DNA of 64,000 nt from an uncultured Collinsella sp. (GTDB taxonomy: Bacteria; Actinomycetota; Coriobacteriia; Coriobacteriales; Coriobacteriaceae). The first letter of the stretch is position 1. Each line of letters opens with the position of its first letter. Below the pieces are notes generated by a model, which saw nothing but the letters and a program-made list of their open reading frames with translations, did not search any database and was not told where the DNA came from. A program made the position numbers and the translations under genes. This document shows positions 34,762 to 43,621 of the stretch, in pieces. The stretch covers positions 17,708 through 81,707 of the forward strand of contig CABUUB010000001.1 in the NCBI GenBank assembly GCA_902494625.1. Direction: 5' to 3'.

Positions 34762-34894
34762 CACCGTAGCTATTCGCGCCTGCGGACACCCACGCGTTGG
34801 GTGCAGGCGGGGATTTGCCCTACAAGCGAGGCGCTCGGGATCGCTTTGGTCCCGGGCGCCTTTCTGGACAAGAGCGACATTTTGAGGGGAACGA

Positions 34895-37027
34895 ATGAAG
34901 CTAACGATTAATGGAGCCGAGGTCGAGGCGCGCGAGGGGCAGAATGTCCTGGAAGCCGCGCTCGATGCCGGTATCTATATTCCGCATCTGTGTAAGCATC
35001 CCGATCTTGAGGCCGTAGGCGGATGCCGTCTGTGCATGGTCGAGATCGAAGGCCAAGACGAGCCGGTGTGTGCCTGCAAGACGCAGGTTGCCGAGGGAAT
35101 GGTCGTCAACACGACAGGCGAGCAGGCCGAGCGCGTGCGTAAGCTGGCAATGGAGCTTATCTTGGCCACGCATCCCGCCGATTGCACCGGTTGCCCCAAG
35201 TACGGCAAGTGCGAGCTACAGTCTATGTATCAGTACATGGGAGTTTCGCCGGCGCGCTGGCGCACCAAGAGCCGTCCGGTCGCCACGGACGAATCGAACC
35301 CGCTGATCACCCATATGTTCACCCGCTGCATTCGGTGCGGTCGCTGCGTGCGCGCCTGCCGCGAGCTGCGCGGCGCCGGCGTTTTGGACTACCAGCGCAC
35401 CGAGGACGGCATTCGCATTGGCACCGACGGCAGCGTAAGCCTGCAAGAGGCCGGATGCCGTTTTTGCGGTGCCTGTATCGAAGTGTGCCCCACGGGCTCG
35501 ATCGTCGACACACTCAATATGTTCGATGAGAACAAGTCCTATGCCGACAACGTAGTCCCCTGTCGCTCGGGCTGTCCCGCTCATGTGGATATCCCGCGCT
35601 ACCTGCGTCATATTCGCAACGGTGAGTACACCCGCGCCGCCGCGGTGGTTCGCGAAAAGGTTCCGTTCCCCGAGAGCCTGGGCGACATTTGCGTCCATAG
35701 CTGCCAGGATGCCTGCAAGCGCAATGAGCTCAACGGCACGCCGGTTTCGGTCTGCCGACTTAAGCGCGCTGCTGCCGTGCGCGATACGGGCGACTGGAAA
35801 GCGAATGTGCGCCACGAGCCGCTGAGCGGCAAGCGCGTCGCCGTTGTGGGCGCCGGCCCCGCCGGCCTGACCGCCGCGCTCTATTGTGCCGAGAAGGGCC
35901 ACAAGGTCGTGGTGTTCGAGGCCAACGAGAAGGTCGGTGGCCAGATGCGCTACAGCATTCCGGCGTATCGCCTGCCCGATGCCACGGTCGATGCCGAGGT
36001 TGCGACGATTTTGGAGATTGCCCAGGGTGATGATGCCGAGCCGCGCATTGAGCTGCGCTGTGGCGAGCGAATCGCCGACCCCAAGGCGCTTTTGGAGCAG
36101 GGCTTCGATGCCGTGCTGGTTGCGGTGGGTACCCATGACGGAACGGTGCTCCCCATGCCTGGCCACGACCTCGAAGGCGTGCTGCGCAACACCGATTTTT
36201 TGAAGGCTGCCCGCGTGGGCAACGCCCCCGATCTTTCGGGCAAACGCGTTGTGGTGCTTGGCGGCGGCAACGTGGCGTACGACTGCGCTCGCACCGCCGT
36301 GCGCCTGGGTGCCGCCTCGGTCGATGTCGCCTGCCTTGAGGCCCAAGACGTGATGACCTCGACGCCCGAGGAGCGTGCCGAGGCTGCCGAGGAAGGCGTG
36401 GTGCTGCACGACGCCTATGCCTTTACCAGCATCAACGAGACCGATAAGGGTTCGGGCAAGGTCGGTTCCATGACGATCCACAAGATCGAGCGGTTCTACT
36501 TTGACGAGAATCACCGCGCCGTCACCGAACTGCTCGACGGCGGCGAGAAGACCATCGGTGCCGACTGCGTGATCTTCGCCGTGGGCCAAAAGCCCGAGGG
36601 TACGGCTCAGATGGGCCTTGAGCTTACGCACGGTCCGTACATCGTGGCCGACGCCGAGGGCAAGACGAGCATTGAGGGCGTTTGGTCGGCTGGCGACTGC
36701 GTGACGGGCACCAAATCGGTGATTGCGGCAATCGCTGCAGGCCGCACGTGCGCCTCGGCCATAGATCGCGCCTTAGGTGGCGATGGCGACATCGACGAGG
36801 AGCTGACCGAGCGCGATACTCCCGAGCAGTGGATCGGGCATGCCCCCGAGGGCTTTTACGGCGATGCCGTGCAGCCAGAGTTTGTCGATGTCCAGGCGCG
36901 CAAGGATAACTTCGATACGTTTGAGTGCCCCTATACCGATCATGAGGCCACGTGCGAGGCGAGCCGCTGCTTGCAGTGCGATTTGCGCCTAACGATCAGC
37001 ACGCCGCGCCTGTGGAACGAGTACTAG
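34895..37027 (+). CDS. multi-cluster FeS flavoprotein: NuoG/HydA-like N-terminus fused to a GltD-like NAD(P)H oxidoreductase
   Basis: The [2Fe-2S] region reads CKHPDLEAVGGCRLCMVEI...CAC. H-x3-C-x2-C-x5-C appears as HPADCTGCPKYGKC. The 2x[4Fe-4S] region reads CIRCGRCVRAC...CRFCGACIEVCP. Then come the GltD FeS region and two Rossmann motifs (VAVVGAGPAGLTAA, VVVLGGGNVAYD). Confidence 0.8.
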   Translation: MKLTINGAEVEAREGQNVLEAALDAGIYIPHLCKHPDLEAVGGCRLCMVEIEGQDEPVCACKTQVAEGMVVNTTGEQAERVRKLAMELILATHPADCTGCPKYGKCELQSMYQYMGVSPARWRTKSRPVATDESNPLITHMFTRCIRCGRCVRACRELRGAGVLDYQRTEDGIRIGTDGSVSLQEAGCRFCGACIEVCPTGSIVDTLNMFDENKSYADNVVPCRSGCPAHVDIPRYLRHIRNGEYTRAAAVVREKVPFPESLGDICVHSCQDACKRNELNGTPVSVCRLKRAAAVRDTGDWKANVRHEPLSGKRVAVVGAGPAGLTAALYCAEKGHKVVVFEANEKVGGQMRYSIPAYRLPDATVDAEVATILEIAQGDDAEPRIELRCGERIADPKALLEQGFDAVLVAVGTHDGTVLPMPGHDLEGVLRNTDFLKAARVGNAPDLSGKRVVVLGGGNVAYDCARTAVRLGAASVDVACLEAQDVMTSTPEERAEAAEEGVVLHDAYAFTSINETDKGSGKVGSMTIHKIERFYFDENHRAVTELLDGGEKTIGADCVIFAVGQKPEGTAQMGLELTHGPYIVADAEGKTSIEGVWSAGDCVTGTKSVIAAIAAGRTCASAIDRALGGDGDIDEELTERDTPEQWIGHAPEGFYGDAVQPEFVDVQARKDNFDTFECPYTDHEATCEASRCLQCDLRLTISTPRLWNEY

Positions 37028-37044
37028 GAAAGGAGCGATAACCC

Positions 37045-37620
37045 ATGACGATCATCAACTTTATGCCCGTGCATCGACAGGCGCCCGTGGCGCTCTGGCT
37101 CCTTAAGAAGGACGTGGCGGCAGCTGCGGAAAAAATTGCAGAGACCGGCGCCCAGGCGGTTCTGGTGCCGGCGGGCGATGAGGTCTCTGCCGCGCTCGCG
37201 GATGCGTTGGGCGAGTCCTGCCGCGTGATCGAGTGTGACCCGAGCTTGGGCTTTGTCTATGCCAACGGTTCGGCTGCCGCCAAGATGCTCGACGGCGAAA
37301 AGCCGCTCCCATCTTGTTGCGAGGGCGATGGCACCGATCGCTGCCTGAGCGGATTGGAGTTGCTTGCCGCCGAAGGCAAGCGCTGGGTGTGGTTTGACGG
37401 GGCCGATGAGCCCGTTGAGCTCGGTTGCGTTACGAGCGCGAGCGCCCTGGTTGCCGCGGCGGGCGTTGCCGATGCCAAAGCGGTGGGGATTGGCTATCCC
37501 AGCGGTCTGTTGCTGAAGCCCGATGATACTTCGGAGTTTGAGCTGCACAGCGACTACGTCCGCGTCTACACCGCCAAAAACTGCATGGCAAAGGCGCTTT
37601 TGGACATTTGCACGCTCTAA
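37045..37620 (+). CDS. NuoF/HydB-like protein, N-terminal fragment (SLBB-like region; no FMN/NADH site); ends at an in-frame TAA
   Basis: 191 aa. The C-terminal ...VYTAKNCMAKALLDICTL* aligns with the stretch just before the ESCGKC motif of NuoF-type proteins. The reading frame continues after the stop. Confidence 0.55.
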   Translation: MTIINFMPVHRQAPVALWLLKKDVAAAAEKIAETGAQAVLVPAGDEVSAALADALGESCRVIECDPSLGFVYANGSAAAKMLDGEKPLPSCCEGDGTDRCLSGLELLAAEGKRWVWFDGADEPVELGCVTSASALVAAAGVADAKAVGIGYPSGLLLKPDDTSEFELHSDYVRVYTAKNCMAKALLDICTL

Positions 37621-37749
37621 CGTCACGAGAGTTGCGGACGCTGTGTCTTTGGTTACGAGGGCTCTCATCAGATTGCGACGATTCTTGCCGATATCTGCCG
37701 CAAGAAGGGCAAGCCGGGCGACCTGGCGCTCCTTCGCGACCTTTGCCCC

Positions 37750-38121
37750 GTGATGCAGACGCAGTGCCTGTGCGAGCAGGGTCGCGTGCTGGCGCGCACG
37801 GTGCAGTCGTTCTTCGACCTGTTCGAGGGCGAAATTATGCAGCACGTCACCAAGAAGGTCTGCGCCGCCGGGGAATGCCAGGCGTTTTTGACCTTCCATA
37901 TCCTCGCCTCCAAATGCCAGGCCTGCAACAAGTGTGTCGATTCGGACGTTTGCGAGGAGGACGCGATCCTGGGAAGGCCGCGCTTTATCCACGTGATCGA
38001 CCAGAAGGCCTGCAGCCAATGCGGTGCCTGCCTCGACATTTGCGACAACGGCGCGATCGTCACGGCTGGGGCCGTCAAGCCCAAGTGCCCGCCCAAACCC
38101 ATTCCCTTTAAGCACAAATAG
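37750..38121 (+). CDS. C-terminal fragment of the same NuoF/HydB-like frame: 2x[4Fe-4S] ferredoxin domain
   Basis: CQACNKCVDSDVC and CSQCGACLDIC motifs. The same frame is open from 37621 (RHESCGRCVFGYEG...QCLCEQG, a NuoF 4Fe-4S region lacking its third Cys). The first ATG is at 37750. Confidence 0.5.
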   Translation: MMQTQCLCEQGRVLARTVQSFFDLFEGEIMQHVTKKVCAAGECQAFLTFHILASKCQACNKCVDSDVCEEDAILGRPRFIHVIDQKACSQCGACLDICDNGAIVTAGAVKPKCPPKPIPFKHK

Positions 38122-38315
38122 CGCGATTCCCTCTCTCGTTTTGCCCGCATTGAGCAGGGCGGGAGGGGATTTTGTTTATCTGCACGAGGTGCCCTGCAGA
38201 CTTTCGCATGAGCCTTGGTTGCCTGGACGGTGCGCACGTTTTGCGTCTGCCGTACGCTTTTTGCGAAGTACGCACGGGCAGAATCCGTGTCCAAATGCTC
38301 TGGAGAGGAGCGACC

Positions 38316-39308
38316 ATGTCGTTTAAAGTGATGGCGATTTGTGCCGGTAGGCACGGTGGCAACGGCGAGGCTTTGGCCAAAGAGGCCCTTTGCGCGGTGC
38401 GCGAGGCTGGCGGCGAGGTCGAGCTGATCAATCTGTTCGATTACAACATCTTGCCCTGCACCGGCTGCGAGGGCTGCACCATGCAGATGGGAAAGATGGG
38501 TGCCGGCCTGCAAAAGGAATATCACGGCTGCGTCCTTAAGAAAAAGGACGACGTCGACGCGATTATCCGTGAACTGCAGACCTGCCAGGGCGTAATCTTC
38601 TCGGTCCCGACGTACGACCTCACGCCCAGCTCGGTGTACACCCGCTTTGCCCAGCGCTTCTTGGCATATGAGCTTTCGTTCTTGCTTGCCATTGGCGCCG
38701 TAAAGGAGAATCCGCATACTGTTGCCGGCCTTATTTCCGTCGGCGGCTCCATGCACGATTGGCAGTCCCTGGCGCTGGAGAGCCTGCAGGCGACCATGTT
38801 TACCATGTCGATGACCGTTGTCGATCGCTATATGGCGCAGCGCGATGGCCGCCCGGGCAATGCGTTTGTGTGGGGAGACGACGTGGAATGGGGCGGACAG
38901 ATCGCCCGCGCGCACAAGATGGGCGAGAACATCGTCAAGGCTATCCGCACGCCGGTTGACGAGCGCTGCTGGCTGGGCGACCCGGACGACGGCGTGTGCC
39001 CCAACTGCCACAGCTCCCTGGTGTACCCCGGCGACAAGCATTGGGATGGGGTCGAGTTCCCGTGGGAGTGCGCGGTCTGCGGTGCCGGTGGCGATATCGT
39101 GACCGACGAGCGAACCGGCCGTCCCAAGCTCAAGATCGCCGAGAACGGTCTGATTCGCGACCGTAATGACGACCACGCGCGCGCCGAGCACCTCAACGAG
39201 ATCAACAAGACCCGCGACGAGTTCTTTGCCCACATGGACGAGGTCAAGCCGATTATGGAGAAGTACGCCAAGATGACGTTCCCCACGCTGGAGATTAAGC
39301 GCGACTAG
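38316..39308 (+). CDS. NADPH-dependent FMN reductase / iron-sulfur-flavoprotein-like protein with a C-terminal Zn-ribbon extension
   Basis: KVMAICAGRHGGNGE...LPCTGCEGC (Isf-type compact Cys motif)...GVIFSVPTYD. The C-terminus carries CPNC-x19-CAVC. The ATG follows GGAGAGGAG. Confidence 0.7.
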   Translation: MSFKVMAICAGRHGGNGEALAKEALCAVREAGGEVELINLFDYNILPCTGCEGCTMQMGKMGAGLQKEYHGCVLKKKDDVDAIIRELQTCQGVIFSVPTYDLTPSSVYTRFAQRFLAYELSFLLAIGAVKENPHTVAGLISVGGSMHDWQSLALESLQATMFTMSMTVVDRYMAQRDGRPGNAFVWGDDVEWGGQIARAHKMGENIVKAIRTPVDERCWLGDPDDGVCPNCHSSLVYPGDKHWDGVEFPWECAVCGAGGDIVTDERTGRPKLKIAENGLIRDRNDDHARAEHLNEINKTRDEFFAHMDEVKPIMEKYAKMTFPTLEIKRD

Positions 39309-39330
39309 TTTTGCTTGAGCCCCGCTCGGC

Positions 39331-40644
39331 CTATTTGCGACAGTGCAGGTCGGCGCTGGTGCGGGGCTTAATCCTCGGCTCAAGAAAGCCAAGGTAGATT
39401 AGGGTACGAATCGAGAGGTGGAACAAAAAGAGGTCCTCTCCCGATGCCAGGTCGTTACCTGTGATTTCCTTTATGCGGTTTAGGCGATAGAGCAACGTGT
39501 TCTTGTGAAGCGACAAGATCGCGGCAGTGCGCGCCGTGTTGCAGCTGTGTTGCATAAAGGCAAAGAGTGTCTCGACCAGCTCGGAATCGTGCGACTGGTC
39601 ATGCTCCCAAAGTGCCCAGATTGCCGGATGGCAGTAGTTCATAAGGTTGATGTGGTCGTTGCAGATGTCGAGCATCTCCATGTAGGTGTATTCGCAATAG
39701 CGATACACATGGGTGTCTTCGAGGATTTTGGTAAAGGTCGAGCCGTAGCGAATGGCGGCGCGTGCCTGATTGAGGTGCGAACGCACATCCGTTGCCTGGG
39801 AAAACTCATTGCTGATGCCGACAAACAGGTTGTTTGCGGCGGCGACGCGCGCAAGGATCGCCTCGTCGTTGGCAGGTAGCTGCGTGGAGGGCGGACGGCT
39901 TACCAACGCCACGAGCTCACCCTCGTACATGGTGATAAGGCTATGGTGCAGCAGCGGCTGCAATTGTCCTCGGATGCTCTCCGCCTCGCGCGCCTCGATC
40001 TGGGAATCCTTTTTGAGCAGGCATACAACGTAGAGGGCGGGAAGCGGCGCAAAGCCGACGAGCTGCATTTTGCGTGTGCAGGTAATGGGGTTGGGGATTT
40101 CGTCGTCTAGGAGGCGCGAGAGAAAATATGGTCCCTGTTGCGGGCCGCCCAACGAAAGAAAGCCGCCTTTCTGCAGCTCTTGTGCGAGCAGTCGGACAAA
40201 GAACTCAAAGACTTCGAGATCGCTATCGCCAAAGGCGTGATTGCGCTCGATCATCATCACCCGGCCCAGGCACGTGCCGTGCACCTTGATCGCCCCGGTC
40301 ATGGTGTTGAGGCAGAACATGTCGTTATACCGTGTGAGCGGGCCTGTCGAGCGGGCGATCTTCTCGTCTAAGCCGCGTTCGATGATGTAGCGCACGGCTT
40401 CGTCTTGCAGTATGTCGCCTTCGGAGAGCTCGGCGCGGGTGATGGCTGCAAAGGGGGAGTCGTCGGCATCGTCGAGCTCAAAGCCGCCGCGAGCGGCGTA
40501 GCGGTAGACGGGATCGACGACGAGCACCGGGTTGTCCATAACGGTAGAAGCTGTTTGCGTGAGGCTCTTGAGCCCCGCGTCGCTCAAGAGCGCCTCGAGC
40601 AGCGCTTGCTTTGCGGTGGACCTATCGGTGGTGCTCGGTTGCAT
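39331..40644 (-). CDS. PucR/CdaR-family transcriptional regulator
   Basis: C-terminal PucR HTH (NTARTAAILSLHKNTLLYRLNRIKEITG) plus a GGDEF-like middle domain. Start chosen at the ATG after GAAGGGA. Confidence 0.8.
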   Translation of the reverse strand: MQPSTTDRSTAKQALLEALLSDAGLKSLTQTASTVMDNPVLVVDPVYRYAARGGFELDDADDSPFAAITRAELSEGDILQDEAVRYIIERGLDEKIARSTGPLTRYNDMFCLNTMTGAIKVHGTCLGRVMMIERNHAFGDSDLEVFEFFVRLLAQELQKGGFLSLGGPQQGPYFLSRLLDDEIPNPITCTRKMQLVGFAPLPALYVVCLLKKDSQIEAREAESIRGQLQPLLHHSLITMYEGELVALVSRPPSTQLPANDEAILARVAAANNLFVGISNEFSQATDVRSHLNQARAAIRYGSTFTKILEDTHVYRYCEYTYMEMLDICNDHINLMNYCHPAIWALWEHDQSHDSELVETLFAFMQHSCNTARTAAILSLHKNTLLYRLNRIKEITGNDLASGEDLFLFHLSIRTLIYLGFLEPRIKPRTSADLHCRK

Positions 40645-40784
40645 GGTTGTCCCTTCTGCCGCGTCTTCGCCGTAGTCGACGCATGACCAAATTATTATCG
40701 CAGGCTGCACAGCATTAGGTTGTTTAAAACGATGAGTGTGGCGGTCGTTTCCTCGAACGGGGCGGCGTTGTTGCTGGGGGGTCG

Positions 40785-40999
40785 TCTCAATCTGTAACAG
40801 GTGGAGGCCAAAAGTCGGTCTAGATGTTACAGATTGAGATGTTTGGTCGGACCGAGTTTGTTCGTCTCGATTTGTAACATCTAGGGTCGTTTTTGGTCTG
40901 TAGGTGTTATAGATCGAGATTTTCCGACGGAACGCTCCCGTTTGTCTCGATCTGTAACAGTAAGACCCGGTTTTGCTGAGTAACTGTTACAGATCGAGA
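40785..40999. repeat. hairpin-array repeat, locus C (3 units)
   Basis: 15-mer arms at 40785, 40825, 40865, 40905, 40945 and 40985: an exact 40-bp phase with alternating orientation. Confidence 0.9.
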
Positions 41000-41141
41000 C
41001 AAACCGACGGGCCGCCCTGCCCCATCCACCTGCCGCCACCTGATATTCGCCGATTTTCGTTGTGCCGCTGTGCCCCCATGCCATATCCTCTAGACAACTA
41101 CGCGGCATCATCGCCGCCGCGCCTACAAGAGAGGAATGTCC

Positions 41142-43172
41142 ATGACCGCACCTGCATCCAAGCTGCTCCAGCCCATTACGGTTGGCCCCCTTGAGCTCAA
41201 AAACCGCATTATGTTTCCGCCGCTGACTACCGGCTACGAGGAGCGTGACGGTTCCATCGGCGAGCGCAGCCTGGCTTTTTACGAGCGCTTGGCCCGTGGC
41301 GGCGTGAGTTACATCGTCATCGGCGACGTTGCTCCCGTCATGACCGCAAGCCCCACGCCCAAGCTGGCGACCGACGCCCAAATCCCCACGTTTAAGGCCC
41401 TGGCCGATGCCGTCCACAAGCACGGCGCCAAGGTCGCGCTGCAGCTGTTCCACCCCGAGTACGACGTGCCCGGTGTCGGCCGCATGGTCATGGGTTCCAT
41501 GGCCGCCGCCAAGGCCGCGCAGGAGGCCAAGGCCGCCGGCGACGAGGAGGCCTTTGCCGCCAAGATGGCCGAGTCCAACGAGATCCGCAATCAGGCCTAC
41601 GCCAAGCTGCACCACGACATGCAGCACTTTGTGAACGAGGCCAGCGTGGATCAGCTCACCCAGATCAAGGAGGCCATCGCTGCCTCGGCCGCCCGCGCGC
41701 AGCAGGCCGGCATCGACGCCATCGAGGTCCACGGCGACCGTCTGGTGGGTTCGCTGTGCTCCGCGATCCTCAACCAGCGCACCGACGAGTACGGTGGCTC
41801 GTTCGAGAACCGCGTCCGCTATGCGCTCGAGGTCGTCGCTGCCATTAAGGAAGCCGCGCCGCAGCTGATGGTGGAGTACAAGCTCCCCGTGATCATGGAG
41901 AACCCCGACGGCACGCCGCGCGGCAAGGGCGGCTTGCAGCCCGACGAGGCCTGCGAGTTCGCCAAGCTGCTCGAGGGCGCGGGCATCGATATGATCCAGG
42001 TCGCGCAGGCCAACCACACCGGCAACATGGGCGACACCATTCCGCCCATGGGTGCCATGCCCTACAACTGGACGCTGCCCGTGGCCGAGCGCGTCAAGGC
42101 CCTGGTCTCCGTGCCGGTGGCAACCGTCGGCCGCGTGGTCTCGGTCGAGGCCGGCGAGAAGATTCTGGAAGACGGCGCCGCCGACATCATCGCCTACGGC
42201 CGCTCGCTCATGTGCGACCCCGACATTGCGCTGAAGGCCGCCACGGGCGAGCCCATCCGCGAGTGCCTCAACTGCAACAAGGGTTGCGTCGACGCGATCC
42301 AAAACCGCAAGTACATCTCGTGCGTGCTCAACGCCGAGAACGGTGACGAGGCGACCATCGCCATCAAGCCGGGCGAGGGCGACAAGAAGATCGCCGTGGT
42401 GGGCGGCGGTATTGCCGGCCTGGAGGCCGCACGCGTGGCGGCCAAGCGCGGCTACGACGTGACCATCTACGAGGCGAGCGATCACTTGGGCGGCCAGATT
42501 GTGCTGGCGGCTGCGCCTCCGCGCAAGGACGAGATCATGCGCTCGGTCGAGTACTACGAGAAGATTCTGCCTGGCCTGGGCGTGAAGGTTGAGCTCAACC
42601 ACGTCGCTAGCCCCGCGGACCTCAACGCCGCCGACGCCGCGATTGTGGCTGTGGGCGCACACGACGTGATCATCCCCGTTCCGGGTGCCGACTCGGAGAA
42701 GGTCGTCTCGAGCTGGGACGTGCTGGCCGGCAAGGTGGAGCTCAGCGGCCGCGTCGCCGTCATTGGCGGTGGCCTGGTGGGCACCGAGACTGCCGAGTAT
42801 CTGCTGCAGCACGGCTGCGAGGTGGCGATCGTGGAGATGCTCGACAAGATTGCCGCGGGCGAGTCCGAGACCATTCTGCCGCTGATTATGAGCGACTTTG
42901 CCGAGCACAACGTGGAGCAGCACGTGAAGACCCGTCTGACCGCCATTGCCGACGAGGGCGTGGAGGCCATTCGCACCACCGAGGACGGCGCCGAGGAGCC
43001 GGTGAAGATCGCCTGCGATTACGTGGTGATGGCCGTGGGCTCCAAGGCCAACGCGTTTGATCTGGACGGCGTGACGGTGCCCGTGACCTGCGTGGGCGAC
43101 TGCTCGGGTGAGCGCACCGCCGACATCGCGAGCGCCATTCGCACGGCGTATCACGCGGCCAACGAGCTGTAG
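41142..43172 (+). CDS. Old-Yellow-Enzyme / 2,4-dienoyl-CoA-reductase-type enoate reductase (FMN TIM barrel, [4Fe-4S], FAD/NAD(P) domain)
   Basis: LKNRIMFPPL, HGDRLVGSLCS, the Cys cluster CLNCNKGCVD...C, then VAVVGGGIAGLEAA and VAVIGGGLVGTETA Rossmann motifs. The ATG at 41136 is also possible. Confidence 0.8.
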   Translation: MTAPASKLLQPITVGPLELKNRIMFPPLTTGYEERDGSIGERSLAFYERLARGGVSYIVIGDVAPVMTASPTPKLATDAQIPTFKALADAVHKHGAKVALQLFHPEYDVPGVGRMVMGSMAAAKAAQEAKAAGDEEAFAAKMAESNEIRNQAYAKLHHDMQHFVNEASVDQLTQIKEAIAASAARAQQAGIDAIEVHGDRLVGSLCSAILNQRTDEYGGSFENRVRYALEVVAAIKEAAPQLMVEYKLPVIMENPDGTPRGKGGLQPDEACEFAKLLEGAGIDMIQVAQANHTGNMGDTIPPMGAMPYNWTLPVAERVKALVSVPVATVGRVVSVEAGEKILEDGAADIIAYGRSLMCDPDIALKAATGEPIRECLNCNKGCVDAIQNRKYISCVLNAENGDEATIAIKPGEGDKKIAVVGGGIAGLEAARVAAKRGYDVTIYEASDHLGGQIVLAAAPPRKDEIMRSVEYYEKILPGLGVKVELNHVASPADLNAADAAIVAVGAHDVIIPVPGADSEKVVSSWDVLAGKVELSGRVAVIGGGLVGTETAEYLLQHGCEVAIVEMLDKIAAGESETILPLIMSDFAEHNVEQHVKTRLTAIADEGVEAIRTTEDGAEEPVKIACDYVVMAVGSKANAFDLDGVTVPVTCVGDCSGERTADIASAIRTAYHAANEL

Positions 43173-43621
43173 TTGAACATCGCGGCCAGGCGGGGCGGTA
43201 GCACGGATCCGTCTCGCCCGGCTGTGTCCCGTCGGGTGTCAACCGGTGCGGGGCCTGCAAGCGCAGCAGGTCCCGCCCTTTTTGTTTTGCTCCGGTGGAT
43301 GGCAATGCGCGGTAATCATGAGGAGTGAGGACGTCTACTGCCTCGCAGATCACTCAAAATTATTGGGGGAGGGGTTAATAACTATATCCTCTATACCAAA
43401 GGACATAAAGAGATGCCAATTTTGTTGACAAGCGAATGACTATTAGCTGCGAGTCGGCTACCAGCGTAAATAATCGATAAAGAAATGTCGTAATTTGGTG
43501 CCAAATGCCCAGATAACGCCGCGCCTATTTTAATTAACTGCTTTGAGCAAACAGTAAAATGCTACTATCTAACTTGCACGTAAGAAAGCAGATTAACGGT
43601 TAAGGCTAAGAAGTGGCAGGT

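Noticed and set aside
37618-37620. In-frame stop read as selenocysteine or pyrrolysine recoding
   Set aside because: The codon is TAA, not TGA or TAG. No SECIS-like hairpin is evident immediately downstream. The aligned position in NuoF-type proteins is not a Cys.
40881-43154. 757-aa minus-strand ORF overlapping the OYE/FadH-type reductase gene
   Set aside because: It is a shadow ORF. The plus-strand frame carries the FMN, 4Fe-4S and Rossmann motifs. The minus-frame product is repetitive G/A/L/V/H/D sequence, and its 5' end runs through the hairpin-array repeat.
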